This document shows, in pieces, positions 17,727 to 27,846 of a DNA stretch of 37,763 nt. The notes beneath the pieces are model-generated. The model was not told the DNA's origin, searched no databases, and saw only the letters and a program-made list of their open reading frames with translations. Numbering within the stretch: the stretch's first letter is position 1; every line of letters starts with the position of its first letter. A program made the translations under genes and the position numbers. Source of the stretch: a virus (Duplodnaviria; Heunggongvirae; Uroviricota; Caudoviricetes); the IMG/VR virus record IMGVR_UViG_2522572023_000009. One strand, written 5' to 3'.

Positions 17727-18223
17727 TTAAGCCGGTACGCCGCCAGCGGTACGCCAGACGGTGACCAGTTTTTCCAGTGAATGCTCACGCTGACCGTAAC
17801 CGGCACCCGGCAGGGACGCCCAGATATTGCGACAGCGTGAAATGGCGCGCTCAATGCGTCCCGCCGGATGTCATCCAGCGCACCGCGTTCGCGGATCAAC
17901 TGAATGGCGAGTCTGTCCTGTGACAACGGACTGAAATCCGGCAGGGCAAGCTGTTTGCGGTAATGCGGCCAGAACAGGTAAAGCTGCTGATAGCGACCGG
18001 AGGCCGTGGATTTTTCACCGCGACGGTTAAACACCTTCGCCGGTCGACCATGTGCGAACGGGTGGTCACTGTAGTCGGTGAAGATTTCCGGCTTCCCGTC
18101 CAGTCCGGTGACTATCACGTCATAGCCCCGGTTTTTCGTCAGCGGATGGTTCGCCGTCCCTTCGGACACGGCCAGCATGTCGAGAAAGGCGGCGATATTC
18201 TGATGCGTGTTAATTACCGGCAT
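17727..18223 (-). pseudogene. K: gpK endolysin (T4-lysozyme-like) carrying a 1-nt frameshift deletion near 17863–17866
   Basis: The first 120 aa (MPVINTHQNIAAFLDMLAVSEGTANHPLTKNRGYDVIVTGLDGKPEIF...ALDDIR) are endolysin-like. The natural C-terminus (AGRIERAISRCRNIWASLPGAGYGQREHSLEKLVTVWRTAGGVPA, then stop) is in another frame. The span from ATG to that TAA is 497 nt rather than the 498 needed for 165 aa plus stop. Confidence 0.6.
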
Positions 18224-18504
18224 TACGGTTTCCCCCTGCCCTTAAAGCGGCGCTGAATGGCAATCTCAATCACCTGATAACCGGCGATACCCAGCATGGA
18301 GCCGATGCCGCACACCGCAGGCAGTGACAGGTCAGGAAACTGCACCAGAACAACACCGGCAACCATCGAGACAAAACCACCGAGCAACATGCGCCCGATA
18401 AACAGACGCGGGGTGATGGGTTCACCACCGGCAAGCACCTTGCCGACAACAATCAGCACCCCAATCATGAAAAGCGACAGGACGCTTTTTTCTTCTGCTG
18501 TCAT
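18223..18504 (-). CDS. Y: gpY holin, 93 aa
   Basis: Length matches P2 Y; the protein has transmembrane segments and a charged C-terminus. Confidence 0.85.
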   Translation of the reverse strand: MTAEEKSVLSLFMIGVLIVVGKVLAGGEPITPRLFIGRMLLGGFVSMVAGVVLVQFPDLSLPAVCGIGSMLGIAGYQVIEIAIQRRFKGRGKP

Positions 18505-18507
18505 GCG

Positions 18508-18711
18508 TTACTCCCACAGATTGACAGTTTCAGCCACGGGCGCGGTCTGAACGTCGGGCAGTTCGACGGCGGTGCCGTGTGGCAGCACCGCACCCAGTTC
18601 AGCCAGTCCCGGATTTGCGGCGAGCACGGTCTCAACCACGCCCTCAGTGCGCCCGTAATACCGGACACAAATGGCGTCGAGCGTGTCGCCCTGTAGCGCA
18701 AAGGTCTTCAT
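18508..18711 (-). CDS. X: gpX tail protein (LysM-like), 67 aa
   Basis: The internal start MKTFALQGDTLDAICVRYYG gives 67 aa, as in P2 X. Confidence 0.8.
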   Translation of the reverse strand: MKTFALQGDTLDAICVRYYGRTEGVVETVLAANPGLAELGAVLPHGTAVELPDVQTAPVAETVNLWE

Positions 18712-19220
18712 CAGATTTGACTCACGATGCAGCGTGGCTTGTCCTGGATACGCGCCACCGCCCAGCGCATATCCCGCCACAGTTCATCAATGGTGCTGTC
18801 AATGCTGTCAGCCTTCTTGTCGCCTTTCGCACTGGCATCCACGCCGCGATAACGCTCATAAAGCGACGCGGTCGCCATCGCACACACGGCGCGCTCGTAG
18901 TAAAAAACTTTGATGCTTTCACCGTCGATGTCGTCCGCCGGGACGTCCGCCAGACGCGTAAAACCGGCGGCAATTTTCTGTTCGCGGTACTCGTACAGCT
19001 CCGCATTCGTCTCCGCCATGCCTGACTTGATGGCCTCACGCAGACGGGCGGGGGCGACGGTCTGCTCAAGGCGCATACGTTCCCGGACGCGCTTCGGGTC
19101 GATATCGGGAAAAAAGAACGTGTTTTTAATCACCGGCTCGTCGCCTGCCGGTTGCGGGATGACCACCGTACCCTCACCGGACACGGGAGCCTCCTTTCGC
19201 GGAATAATCAGCGTCATCAT
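18711..19220 (-). CDS. L: gpL head completion protein, ~169 aa
   Basis: The internal start MMTLIIPRKEAP gives 169 aa, as in P2 L. Confidence 0.8.
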   Translation of the reverse strand: MMTLIIPRKEAPVSGEGTVVIPQPAGDEPVIKNTFFFPDIDPKRVRERMRLEQTVAPARLREAIKSGMAETNAELYEYREQKIAAGFTRLADVPADDIDGESIKVFYYERAVCAMATASLYERYRGVDASAKGDKKADSIDSTIDELWRDMRWAVARIQDKPRCIVSQI

Positions 19221-19319
19221 GACTACCTCTGAAAAGTCGGGCGGTGGACGCCGGTGCAGTGTCAGGTGATTCACCCTCACTGACCGGCGTGCCGCCCTGG
19301 CGCGGGGCGCATTCGGTTG

Positions 19320-20063
19320 TTAACTGGCTTTCTTTTTCGGGCGTCCACGTTTTGCCGGTGTCGCACTCCGGGTCTTACGCGGGGCGCGGGTGGCCGCTTT
19401 TGGCTGTGGCTCCGGCTTCGGTTTCAGTTCCCGCTCCAGTCGTTCAATCTCTTTTTTGACGCCTGCCTGACAGTCGAGCTGTGTCGCACGTTGCAGGTGC
19501 GCCAGCGCACCTGCGGCATCACCAGCGTCACGCAGAAACAGACCGGTGATTTTGTGCAGCTTTGCGCGCACTTCATCAGGCATGTCAGCCGTGGCGGTAA
19601 GTTCAAGGGTGTCCGTCAGCAGGCGGGGATCCACAGACTCACCAGCAGCGTGGGCGCGCATGGCCGCGAGCGCCACCTCCTCGGTGAACATGTACGGCGG
19701 GGTGCGGCGGTGTTTACCCGGCATGGTCAGACCGTACTTCATGGCATAACGGGCAATCTCCAGCGCACCGGCAATATCGCCGGTATCCAGACGCCACAGC
19801 ATGACTGTCATCAGAATGTCATCCTGTGCGCCTTTGCCCTGCTCCAGCACGCCGTTCACCCACGGCAACCAGAACGGCAGCAGTTCGCGTTTTTTTGCGG
19901 CCTTCAGCTCTTTTGAATAAATCGCTTTCAGTGTGCGCTGGTCTGCGGCCAGCTTGACCAGCATCTGCTCATAGACAGTTGCATGTCGCAGCGGGGCGGC
20001 TTCCCGCTGCGCGGTCATCGCTGCCGAGACCCGCATCATGTGGCGCTGTGCGGGACTCGTCAT
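19320..20063 (-). CDS. M: gpM terminase small (endonuclease) subunit, 247 aa
   Basis: Length and synteny match P2 gpM. Confidence 0.85.
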   Translation of the reverse strand: MTSPAQRHMMRVSAAMTAQREAAPLRHATVYEQMLVKLAADQRTLKAIYSKELKAAKKRELLPFWLPWVNGVLEQGKGAQDDILMTVMLWRLDTGDIAGALEIARYAMKYGLTMPGKHRRTPPYMFTEEVALAAMRAHAAGESVDPRLLTDTLELTATADMPDEVRAKLHKITGLFLRDAGDAAGALAHLQRATQLDCQAGVKKEIERLERELKPKPEPQPKAATRAPRKTRSATPAKRGRPKKKAS

Positions 20064-20066
20064 CGG

Positions 20067-21140
20067 TTACGCTCCCGGCTCTGCGGTCGCTTTAGCCGGT
20101 GTGGAGAAGTCACCGACCTTAATTTTTTCCACCAGACAACCGGCGGCGTAGTCTTCCACCACGTAATCAATGTTCATTGACTCGTAGTTCTCCACGCGGT
20201 CGAGTTTCGGGTTTTCCTCAATCACGCGCCGATGGCTGTCATCCATGTAGTAGATGGACAGGTTTTCCAGCTTCGTGATGAGCATCGCATCCGCCGGGAA
20301 GTACGGGACGCGTACCGCTGGCAGGTTACCGATGCGTTTCTGGCTGATGATGACGTCAGCGGCCAGCATTTCGCTGTTGTCTTGCTCTTTGTTAACGATG
20401 GGGAAATACTTGTCCGCCAGTAGCTGACGCCCCACAATCACCACAAGGTCAGGGTCTTCCTGATACCACGGTTCAATCAGGTTGTTGGTCGCATCCATCA
20501 CCAGTGCATCGAGGCTTACATAATCACCGCCCTTACCCACGCGGATGACCTCAGAGGTGGTGCGGCCTTCCTCGTCAGTGACCTTGCTCATCACGCGCGC
20601 CGGGGCTTCATTGCGGTATTTCTGCAGCCAGCCGACCGCCACATCCTGCAGCATCGGATTGCTGCTGCGGTCAGAGGTTTCGGCACGCTTCACGCCGTTA
20701 AAACCGGCCATGATGAAATCAAGGGACTGGCGTTTGATAATGGCGTTACGGATACGGAGCTGGAAATCCTGATAACGCGCCCACAGGTCCAGCGTTTTGT
20801 AGCGGATATAAAAATCGAAGTTAATCTGGTCGCATTCGTACTTGTTTGACGCCAGCTTCGAGAAGTCCTTCGGCTGACGCTCGGTGCCACCGGCGGTGTC
20901 GGTGGTGCTGGCGATGGAGCCGGTGACACCAATACCAATTTTTTCCCCTTTCATTTCGCTGACCGGCACAATGTTGATGCGGGTCAGAAAGTCAGAGGAC
21001 TCCTGCATGGTGTTCATCAGGGTCTGGGTGACCGACGGTTCAACGGTGAATTTTTTCGACACATCACCGGCGTCGATGCCGTTCAGTTCGGCAACACGGG
21101 ACAGGTAGGCATTAAATTTAAAGCGGGTTTCCTGGCGCAT
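20067..21140 (-). CDS. N: gpN major capsid protein, 357 aa
   Basis: Length and synteny match P2 gpN. Confidence 0.9.
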   Translation of the reverse strand: MRQETRFKFNAYLSRVAELNGIDAGDVSKKFTVEPSVTQTLMNTMQESSDFLTRINIVPVSEMKGEKIGIGVTGSIASTTDTAGGTERQPKDFSKLASNKYECDQINFDFYIRYKTLDLWARYQDFQLRIRNAIIKRQSLDFIMAGFNGVKRAETSDRSSNPMLQDVAVGWLQKYRNEAPARVMSKVTDEEGRTTSEVIRVGKGGDYVSLDALVMDATNNLIEPWYQEDPDLVVIVGRQLLADKYFPIVNKEQDNSEMLAADVIISQKRIGNLPAVRVPYFPADAMLITKLENLSIYYMDDSHRRVIEENPKLDRVENYESMNIDYVVEDYAAGCLVEKIKVGDFSTPAKATAEPGA

Positions 21141-21198
21141 AGTTTTTCCTGAAATTAAGGGTTAATCGTGAAGGTTTTCCCGGACTGACTGACGCCGG

Positions 21199-22053
21199 TC
21201 AGCAGTTCGTCATCAGGGCGTCACCGCCACCGCCGGTGGCTTTGCTGCGGCGCTGCTGGGTCAGACTTTCGGTGTGGTCGAGACTGTTTTTCAGGCGGGT
21301 GAATGCCTGACTGGTTTCATCCGCCCTGTTAGTCACCTCCTGCTTAAGTGCGGAAAAGGCAGTTTCCATCTCAGCGAGGCGCTGCTCAGTGGCGCTCAGT
21401 TTTTCCTGCACATGCTCAGCGACAGCGGTCACCGCTTCATGCACGTCATTCAGACGGGCGTCATCGCTGGCCTGTTTGCGGCCAAAAATGGATTTCACCT
21501 TTTCGGTCAGGGCGGTGAACACGGTTTCAGGCAGGTCTTCAAATTCCAGCTCAACGGGCGTTGCCACTGAAATCAGGTTTTCAGGGCTTAATTTGAAGCG
21601 GTTCAGAGGGTTGTGTTTTGCCGTGCGGCAGAATTCCAGGTATTCCGTGCCGAGGCTTGCCGGGTCATCGGTGACGGCCAGACCCACCAGATAACATTTG
21701 CCTGTATTGGCAAAGTTCGGCTGAATTTCCATTGAGGTATAGACCTTCTGCGCGGCCTTGTTCATCGCGATAAGGTCATCGGTCGGGGTGATTTTCGCAA
21801 ACAGCGCCCATTTGCCTTTCAGCGCCGAATCATCGTCAATCTTTTCGGCCTTCAGTTCGGCCACATCGCCATAACGTTTAAAAATACCGTCAGGCAGGAT
21901 GCCGCGCAGATGTTCCAGGTTAATGCGGCAACCATAGACACGCGGGTCAAAGGTTTCGGCCATTTCCTGAATATCCTGCGCACTGATGACACGCCCGTCA
22001 CAGGTGTCACCCTCAACGCCGATACGAAAGAATTTTGAGACTTTTTTTGCCAT
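21199..22053 (-). CDS. O: gpO capsid scaffold protein, ~284 aa
   Basis: The internal start MAKKVSKFFRIGVEG gives 284 aa, as in P2 gpO. Confidence 0.85.
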   Translation of the reverse strand: MAKKVSKFFRIGVEGDTCDGRVISAQDIQEMAETFDPRVYGCRINLEHLRGILPDGIFKRYGDVAELKAEKIDDDSALKGKWALFAKITPTDDLIAMNKAAQKVYTSMEIQPNFANTGKCYLVGLAVTDDPASLGTEYLEFCRTAKHNPLNRFKLSPENLISVATPVELEFEDLPETVFTALTEKVKSIFGRKQASDDARLNDVHEAVTAVAEHVQEKLSATEQRLAEMETAFSALKQEVTNRADETSQAFTRLKNSLDHTESLTQQRRSKATGGGGDALMTNC

Positions 22054-22226
22054 TGTCAGGAGTCCTGAATAGTGATTAGAGGAGTCACATGTCGGCATCA
22101 GTTTCCCGACGATGCGCATCCTCCGCCATCAGTCCCGGATGGCTTATCACTGACACAACAGCACCTTAGCGAATCGCGGGGCGCGACTCAGTAGCCTTGC
22201 CGTGTATTCATCACGGCGAGGTATTC

Positions 22227-23999
22227 ATGACCATCACCACAGACACCACTCTTTTACACGACCCGCGTCGTCAGGCGGCGCTGCTGTACTGGCAGGGATT
22301 TTCCGTGCCGCAGATTGCCGCCATGTTGCAGATGAAACGCCCGACGGTGCAGAGCTGGAAACAGCGCGACGGCTGGGATAGCGTTGCCCCCATCAGCCGT
22401 GTCGAAATGAGTCTGGAAGCGCGGCTGACCCAGCTCATCATCAAACCGCAGAAAACCGGCGGTGACTTCAAGGAAATTGACCTGCTCGGACGCCAGATTG
22501 AACGACTGGCACGGGTCAACCGTTACAGTCAGACCGGCAACGAGGCAGACCTTAATCCGAACGTCGCTAACCGCAACAAAGGCGGGCGTCGCAAACCGAA
22601 AAAGAATTTTTTCAGTGACGAGGCCATCGAAAAGCTGGAGCAGATTTTCTTTGAGCAGTCTTTCGAATATCAGTTGCACTGGTATCGCGCCGGGCTTGAG
22701 CACCGCATCCGCGATATCCTGAAATCCCGCCAGATTGGCGCGACATTTTATTTTTCCCGCGAGGCGCTGCTGCGCGCCCTGAAAACCGGTCATAACCAGA
22801 TTTTTCTGTCGGCCAGTAAAACGCAGGCGTATGTGTTCCGCGAATACATCATCGCCTTTGCCCGTCTGGTTGACGTTGACCTGACCGGTGACCCGATTGT
22901 CCTGGGCAATAACGGCGCAAAACTGATTTTTCTCGGCACCAACTCCAACACCGCGCAGAGCCATAACGGCGACCTGTACGTCGACGAGATTTTCTGGATC
23001 CCGAATTTTCAGGTACTGCGTAAGGTGGCATCAGGTATGGCCTCACAGAGTCACCTGCGTTCGACCTATTTCTCCACCCCGTCCACGCTGGCGCACGACG
23101 CCTACCCGTTCTGGTCGGGTGAACTGTATAACCGGGGACGCGCCAGCGCCGCCGAACGCGTGGAAATCGACGTCAGTCATAACGCCCTTGCCGGTGGGCT
23201 TCTCTGTGCGGACGGCCAGTGGCGACAGATTGTCACCATTGAGGACGCCCTGAAAGGTGGCTGCACGCTGTTCGACATTGAGCAGCTCAAACGCGAAAAC
23301 AGCGCCGACGATTTTAAAAACCTGTTCATGTGTGAATTTGTTGACGACAAGGCGTCGGTGTTCCCGTTCGAGGAGCTGCAACGCTGCATGGTCGACACGC
23401 TGGAAGAATGGGAAGACTATGCACCCTTTGCCGCCAATCCGTTCGGCTCCCGCCCGGTATGGATTGGTTACGACCCGTCACACCGTGGCGACAGTGCCGG
23501 ATGCGTGGTGCTGGCACCGCCGGTGGTGGCCGGTGGCAAATTCAGAATACTTGAGCGTCACCAGTGGAAAGGCATGGACTTTGCCACTCAGGCTGAATCC
23601 ATCCGCAAACTCACCGAAAAATACAACGTCGAATACATCGGTATTGATGCCACCGGCCTCGGTGTCGGCGTGTTCCAGCTCGTGCGCTCGTTCTATCCCG
23701 CCGCGCGCGACATCCGCTACACGCCGGAAATGAAAACCGCAATGGTGCTCAAGGCAAAAGACGTCATCCGCCGTGGCTGTCTGGAATATGACGTCAGCGC
23801 CACCGACATCACCAGCTCGTTTATGGCTATCCGCAAGACCATGACCAGCAGCGGACGCAGCGCCACCTATGAGGCCAGCCGCAGCGAGGAAGCCAGCCAC
23901 GCCGACCTCGCCTGGGCGACCATGCACGCCCTGTTAAATGAGCCACTCACCGCCGGTATCAGCACTCCGCTGACATCCACCATTCTGGAGTTTTACTGA
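22227..23999 (+). CDS. P: gpP terminase large (ATPase) subunit, ~590 aa
   Basis: The track ORF begins at a TTG; the ATG at 22227 (MTITTDTTLLHD) gives 590 aa, as in P2 gpP. It is transcribed divergently from O, as in P2. Confidence 0.9.
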   Translation: MTITTDTTLLHDPRRQAALLYWQGFSVPQIAAMLQMKRPTVQSWKQRDGWDSVAPISRVEMSLEARLTQLIIKPQKTGGDFKEIDLLGRQIERLARVNRYSQTGNEADLNPNVANRNKGGRRKPKKNFFSDEAIEKLEQIFFEQSFEYQLHWYRAGLEHRIRDILKSRQIGATFYFSREALLRALKTGHNQIFLSASKTQAYVFREYIIAFARLVDVDLTGDPIVLGNNGAKLIFLGTNSNTAQSHNGDLYVDEIFWIPNFQVLRKVASGMASQSHLRSTYFSTPSTLAHDAYPFWSGELYNRGRASAAERVEIDVSHNALAGGLLCADGQWRQIVTIEDALKGGCTLFDIEQLKRENSADDFKNLFMCEFVDDKASVFPFEELQRCMVDTLEEWEDYAPFAANPFGSRPVWIGYDPSHRGDSAGCVVLAPPVVAGGKFRILERHQWKGMDFATQAESIRKLTEKYNVEYIGIDATGLGVGVFQLVRSFYPAARDIRYTPEMKTAMVLKAKDVIRRGCLEYDVSATDITSSFMAIRKTMTSSGRSATYEASRSEEASHADLAWATMHALLNEPLTAGISTPLTSTILEFY

Positions 24000-25033
24000 T
24001 GAGCAAGAAAAAAGGGAAAACACCGCGACCAGCGGCAAAAACAATGACCGCCAGCGCCCCGAAAATGGAGGCATTCACCTTTGGTGAGCCGGTGCCGGTA
24101 CTCGATCGCCGTGACATTCTGGATTACGTCGAGTGCATCAGTAACGGCAGATGGTATGAGCCACCGGTCAGCTTTACCGGTCTGGCAAAAAGCCTGCGTG
24201 CTGCCGTGCATCACAGCTCCCCGATTTACGTCAAACGTAATATTCTGGCCTCGACATTTATCCCGCATCCGTGGCTTTCCCAGCAGGATTTCAGCCGCTT
24301 TGTGCTGGATTTTCTGGTGTTCGGTAATGCGTTTCTGGAAAAGCGTTACAGCACCACCGGTAAGGTCATCAGACTGGAAACCTCACCGGCAAAATATACC
24401 CGCCGTGGTGTGGAAGAAGATATTTACTGGTGGGTGCCGTCCTTCAACGAGCCAACACCTTTCACGCCCGGCTCCGTGTTTCACCTGCTGGAGCCGGATA
24501 TCAATCAGGAGCTGTACGGCCTGCCGGAATATCTCAGCGCCCTTAACTCTGCCTGGCTGAATGAGTCGGCCACGCTGTTCCGCCGCAAGTATTACGAAAA
24601 CGGCGCACATGCCGGATACATCATGTACGTCACCGATGCCGTGCAGGATCGCAACGATATCGAAATGCTCCGCGAAAACATGGTGAAGTCGAAAGGCCGC
24701 AACAACTTTAAAAACCTGTTTCTCTATGCCCCACAGGGGAAAGCCGACGGCATTAAAATTATCCCGCTCAGTGAAGTGGCAACGAAGGACGATTTTTTTA
24801 ATATCAAAAAAGCCAGCGCCGCTGACCTGCTGGACGCGCACCGCATCCCCTTTCAGTTGATGGGCGGCAAGCCGGAGAACGTCGGGTCGCTGGGCGATAT
24901 TGAGAAAGTGGCAAAGGTCTTTGTCCGCAATGAGCTTATCCCGCTACAGGACAGGATCCGCGAGATAAACGGCTGGCTCGGCCAGGAAGTCATCCGCTTT
25001 AAAAACTACTCACTGGACACTGACAACGGCTGA
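23999..25033 (+). CDS. Q: gpQ portal protein, 344 aa
   Basis: Length and synteny match P2 gpQ. Confidence 0.9.
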   Translation: MSKKKGKTPRPAAKTMTASAPKMEAFTFGEPVPVLDRRDILDYVECISNGRWYEPPVSFTGLAKSLRAAVHHSSPIYVKRNILASTFIPHPWLSQQDFSRFVLDFLVFGNAFLEKRYSTTGKVIRLETSPAKYTRRGVEEDIYWWVPSFNEPTPFTPGSVFHLLEPDINQELYGLPEYLSALNSAWLNESATLFRRKYYENGAHAGYIMYVTDAVQDRNDIEMLRENMVKSKGRNNFKNLFLYAPQGKADGIKIIPLSEVATKDDFFNIKKASAADLLDAHRIPFQLMGGKPENVGSLGDIEKVAKVFVRNELIPLQDRIREINGWLGQEVIRFKNYSLDTDNG

Positions 25034-25038
25034 ACATC

Positions 25039-25060
25039 GCCGCCTGCGGGCGGCTTTTTT
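25039..25060 (+). terminator. Rho-independent terminator after Q
   Basis: A GCCGCC-TGCG-GGCGGC hairpin is followed by TTTTTT. Confidence 0.65.
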
Positions 25061-25203
25061 ACACCCCGTCATCACGCCCTCATACGCTCACCACCGCACA
25101 AAACACCCCGCAGACACACCAACGGCCCCGGCGAACAATCTAAACGCCATCACGACGCGCTCAGACGCTGAAAAAATAAAATCAGCACCACCGCCAGCGC
25201 GCA

Positions 25204-25222
25204 GTGCTTTCCCCGCCTCGCC
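25204..25222. other. cos: cos site (19-nt P2 cohesive-end sequence, reverse orientation)
   Basis: GTGCTTTCCCCGCCTCGCC is the reverse complement of the P2 cohesive end GGCGAGGCGGGGAAAGCAC as I recall it, and it lies next to Q as in P2. Confidence 0.8.
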
Positions 25223-25345
25223 CGCCCGCTTCATGGGTCGGTTTTAATGCAGGTGCATGACATGATTTCTCCGCGCCGACACTGGCACGGAGCACTCTTA
25301 ACAGATAAACAATAATCATGCATTCTAATGCAGCAACATAAAAGT

Positions 25346-27367
25346 TTATAATTTCCTCAACAATTTCCCATTGTTCTTATCAAAGGATATCATTGTATAG
25401 TCATACCCTTCTAATGCCTCTTTTAAGACATTTTCATCTTCTGATGTAGCAAAAATGATCTGCCCTTGTCCTTTTGTTGTTTCTGCAGCATCTTTAAGTA
25501 ACTCGGCAAAACTTACTTTATTTGCTTCTTGTTGACGAGGCTCATCAAACACAATCAATCCAGGGTGATTTGTTTGAAATTTAGAACCAACAACAAATAA
25601 ACTTATTAAATAACCCCAAATGATTCTTATTCCATCACTAGCTGATGTGTCAAAACCTATATCATATCCTTCCCTAGTAGGTAAGTAATTATCTTCTGAT
25701 ATTGACACAAGTTTAGAATCAAAACTTGTAAAATTATATTTTTCTAATCGTGCAACGACTTCTTTATTAAGAAATTTTAACTTATCGGCATCATTACGCG
25801 ACAAGAAATTATCTGGCAATCCTTTTCTTTTCGCGATAAGCTTTTTATATCTACGGTGTAATGAATCCAACTCCAGTCTAATGTCCAATATACTTTTAAT
25901 GCCATCGTTAATGGCATTAATTTTATTCTCAATGTTTATTTTACGTCTCAGAAACTCCTCCTGAACAACCATTGAGGGATATTTTGACTCCCTTAATGCA
26001 TTAATATCAACTCTAATCTTGGCTATTTCCCCCTCTAAATCACTCCTCTCAACATCTTTAAGCTTTAATTGCTTTTCACTATCCGACAGAACAAACTCAA
26101 ATGCTTTTACTTGCTCTTTAATAAAGTTCAAACTATCTTCATATGTCATCAGATTTTCTTGCGATGAAAAACTTAGCAAATTATCATTATAACTTGCACC
26201 ACAAGTCGGACAAATATTTGACATTAAATCTGTTGACTTATACGCATCCGAAGATGATATTTTCTTTAAATCTTCATACTTCCTTTTATCTTCCAACAGA
26301 TTATACAATCTGTTTTTGGTCGCCTGAATTTGATATTGAATATAACTTCTATGCTCACAAATCTCTTTAATCTTTAATTCCAGAGAGTTAATTTCATCAT
26401 TTTTTTGACCTAATAACTTAACCACTGATAATTGTAAAGTTTGTTCTTCTTGCTCACCAAGAGTGTCAAACTTAATTTCTTGCAACTCTTTTTCCAGTTC
26501 ATTACGAACATCAACAATAGATCTAACGACACTACCATTTTTAATAATCAAATCTATCTTATAATGATCAAATTTTGCCACTGGTTGTTCAGGAATCCCT
26601 GTGACAACTGACGACAATTTAGAAGCAATAACTTCTGCATTGTGTTTAATTAACTTCCAATCATGATAAATAATATCAAGTTCATTTCTTAACGAACTAC
26701 GCAATAAAATATTATCATTAACATCAAGAGACATTAAAAATTCTAGAGCTCTTTTCTTTGGCTCTTTAATTCCAAATTGTGTTGGTACAGTCGCCATAAT
26801 TGACGACCATCCTTTTTTTTGCTCAACATACCATGCAGGGAAAAGTACGGATGGATAAAGAATAGTGTCCTTCCCATTATGGTTTGGAACATTTGGCAAA
26901 CTCCAACCTATAAAATCAGCTAACCACTTATAGAAACCACGTTCCCTTTCAGTATCGCCCTCTCTATGTAAAAAATAAGTACCACTCTTACTTTTTACAT
27001 TATTCTTCTCATCTATATAAATAACATTATTATTATCGTGACCGATAATATTCCTTTTCAAAGATGCTTCTATTCCCTTATGATTCTTTATTTTTAGCAA
27101 AACATAAGATGATATTACACTAACTTCAACATTATCTTTTGTCGTTAGTGCTCTAGTCAAAGATGGAGGGAATGGGATTTTTCCAGAACCGACACCTAAT
27201 GCCTTTTCCATCCCAAGTGCATATGCAATCCCATTCATGCAAGTTGATTTACCATGAGAATTCTCAACTCTTAATAAAAACAAGCCATTTGAAAAAGGTA
27301 TACTAACACCATAACGCCCATCCGAAGTATTTGCTACTAACTCCAATGAAATAATTTCCAACGACAT
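25346..27367 (-). CDS. Cargo gene 3: SMC/Rad50-like ABC ATPase with coiled-coil and CxxC hook, 673 aa (candidate LmuB/DdmC-like)
   Basis: An N-terminal P-loop (ENSHGKST), a long Lys/Glu/Leu-rich coiled-coil region with a central CPTC motif, and a C-terminal Walker B/D-loop (LIVFDEPRQQ). There is no nuclease domain after the ATPase C-lobe. The gene is strongly AT-rich. Confidence 0.7.
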   Translation of the reverse strand: MSLEIISLELVANTSDGRYGVSIPFSNGLFLLRVENSHGKSTCMNGIAYALGMEKALGVGSGKIPFPPSLTRALTTKDNVEVSVISSYVLLKIKNHKGIEASLKRNIIGHDNNNVIYIDEKNNVKSKSGTYFLHREGDTERERGFYKWLADFIGWSLPNVPNHNGKDTILYPSVLFPAWYVEQKKGWSSIMATVPTQFGIKEPKKRALEFLMSLDVNDNILLRSSLRNELDIIYHDWKLIKHNAEVIASKLSSVVTGIPEQPVAKFDHYKIDLIIKNGSVVRSIVDVRNELEKELQEIKFDTLGEQEEQTLQLSVVKLLGQKNDEINSLELKIKEICEHRSYIQYQIQATKNRLYNLLEDKRKYEDLKKISSSDAYKSTDLMSNICPTCGASYNDNLLSFSSQENLMTYEDSLNFIKEQVKAFEFVLSDSEKQLKLKDVERSDLEGEIAKIRVDINALRESKYPSMVVQEEFLRRKINIENKINAINDGIKSILDIRLELDSLHRRYKKLIAKRKGLPDNFLSRNDADKLKFLNKEVVARLEKYNFTSFDSKLVSISEDNYLPTREGYDIGFDTSASDGIRIIWGYLISLFVVGSKFQTNHPGLIVFDEPRQQEANKVSFAELLKDAAETTKGQGQIIFATSEDENVLKEALEGYDYTMISFDKNNGKLLRKL

Positions 27368-27368
27368 A

Positions 27369-27845
27369 TTAACCCACCTGAAATATTTTATTAATGTTAG
27401 TTTCGGACAGTCCAGCCTTATGTTTATTTAGCACCAACCTTTCTTCTTTGAACACATCAAGAGAAAGCAATTTCTCAGCGACCTTAAGCCCCTTTTCATT
27501 TATTTTGAACGCTCGTTCATTTCTCAAAATAAAATCCTCTGCTAATAATAGCTGTATTGCTCTATCTAAAGTTGGATCCAATCTTACTTCAGGCTTTAAA
27601 CCTTCTTTGTTTAAAAGCCAGAATTCAAACATTGCTTCATTATTCTCTGACTTTAACATCCAATTAATTAAATGAAGTTTTTTTAAAGAACAGCAACCAG
27701 CTCTCCCTGTGACAAGGAATATTATCAGCAACAAACTGCAACGCCACAATGGTCTCATATCACATGGCAAATGTTCAGGTCGTTTATTAAACGTAAACGG
27801 CCTTCCTATTATTTCATCTATCGTTATATGCATTTGCTTTTCCAT
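27369..27845 (-). CDS. Cargo gene 2: small hypothetical protein, 158 aa (candidate middle component)
   Basis: Tightly coupled to its neighbours (1-nt gaps on both sides), on the same strand and AT-rich; no motif I recognise. Confidence 0.6.
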   Translation of the reverse strand: MEKQMHITIDEIIGRPFTFNKRPEHLPCDMRPLWRCSLLLIIFLVTGRAGCCSLKKLHLINWMLKSENNEAMFEFWLLNKEGLKPEVRLDPTLDRAIQLLLAEDFILRNERAFKINEKGLKVAEKLLSLDVFKEERLVLNKHKAGLSETNINKIFQVG

Positions 27846-27846
27846 T

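Noticed and set aside
16856-18223. The 455-aa ORF as a genuine large fusion protein
   Set aside because: It is the product of the 1-nt frameshift in K joining the K N-terminus to the lysB frame across lysA. The parsimonious reading is disrupted K plus separate lysA, lysB and lysC.
22054-22226. Ogr-type late-promoter dyad (TGT-N12-ACA) in the O/P divergent region
   Set aside because: I found no perfect TGT-N12-ACA in this interval by eye. Late promoters are probably present but I cannot place them confidently.
22254-22964. A 236-aa minus-strand ORF inside the terminase gene P, and similar antisense ORFs at 23043–23927
   Set aside because: They are antisense to a well-supported gene and are typical GC-rich artefacts.
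25346-27367. The 673-aa ATPase as a P2 Old (OLD-family) homologue
   Set aside because: Walker B lies at the extreme C-terminus with no TOPRIM nuclease domain after it, and the gene sits in a three-gene operon. This does not match the Old architecture.
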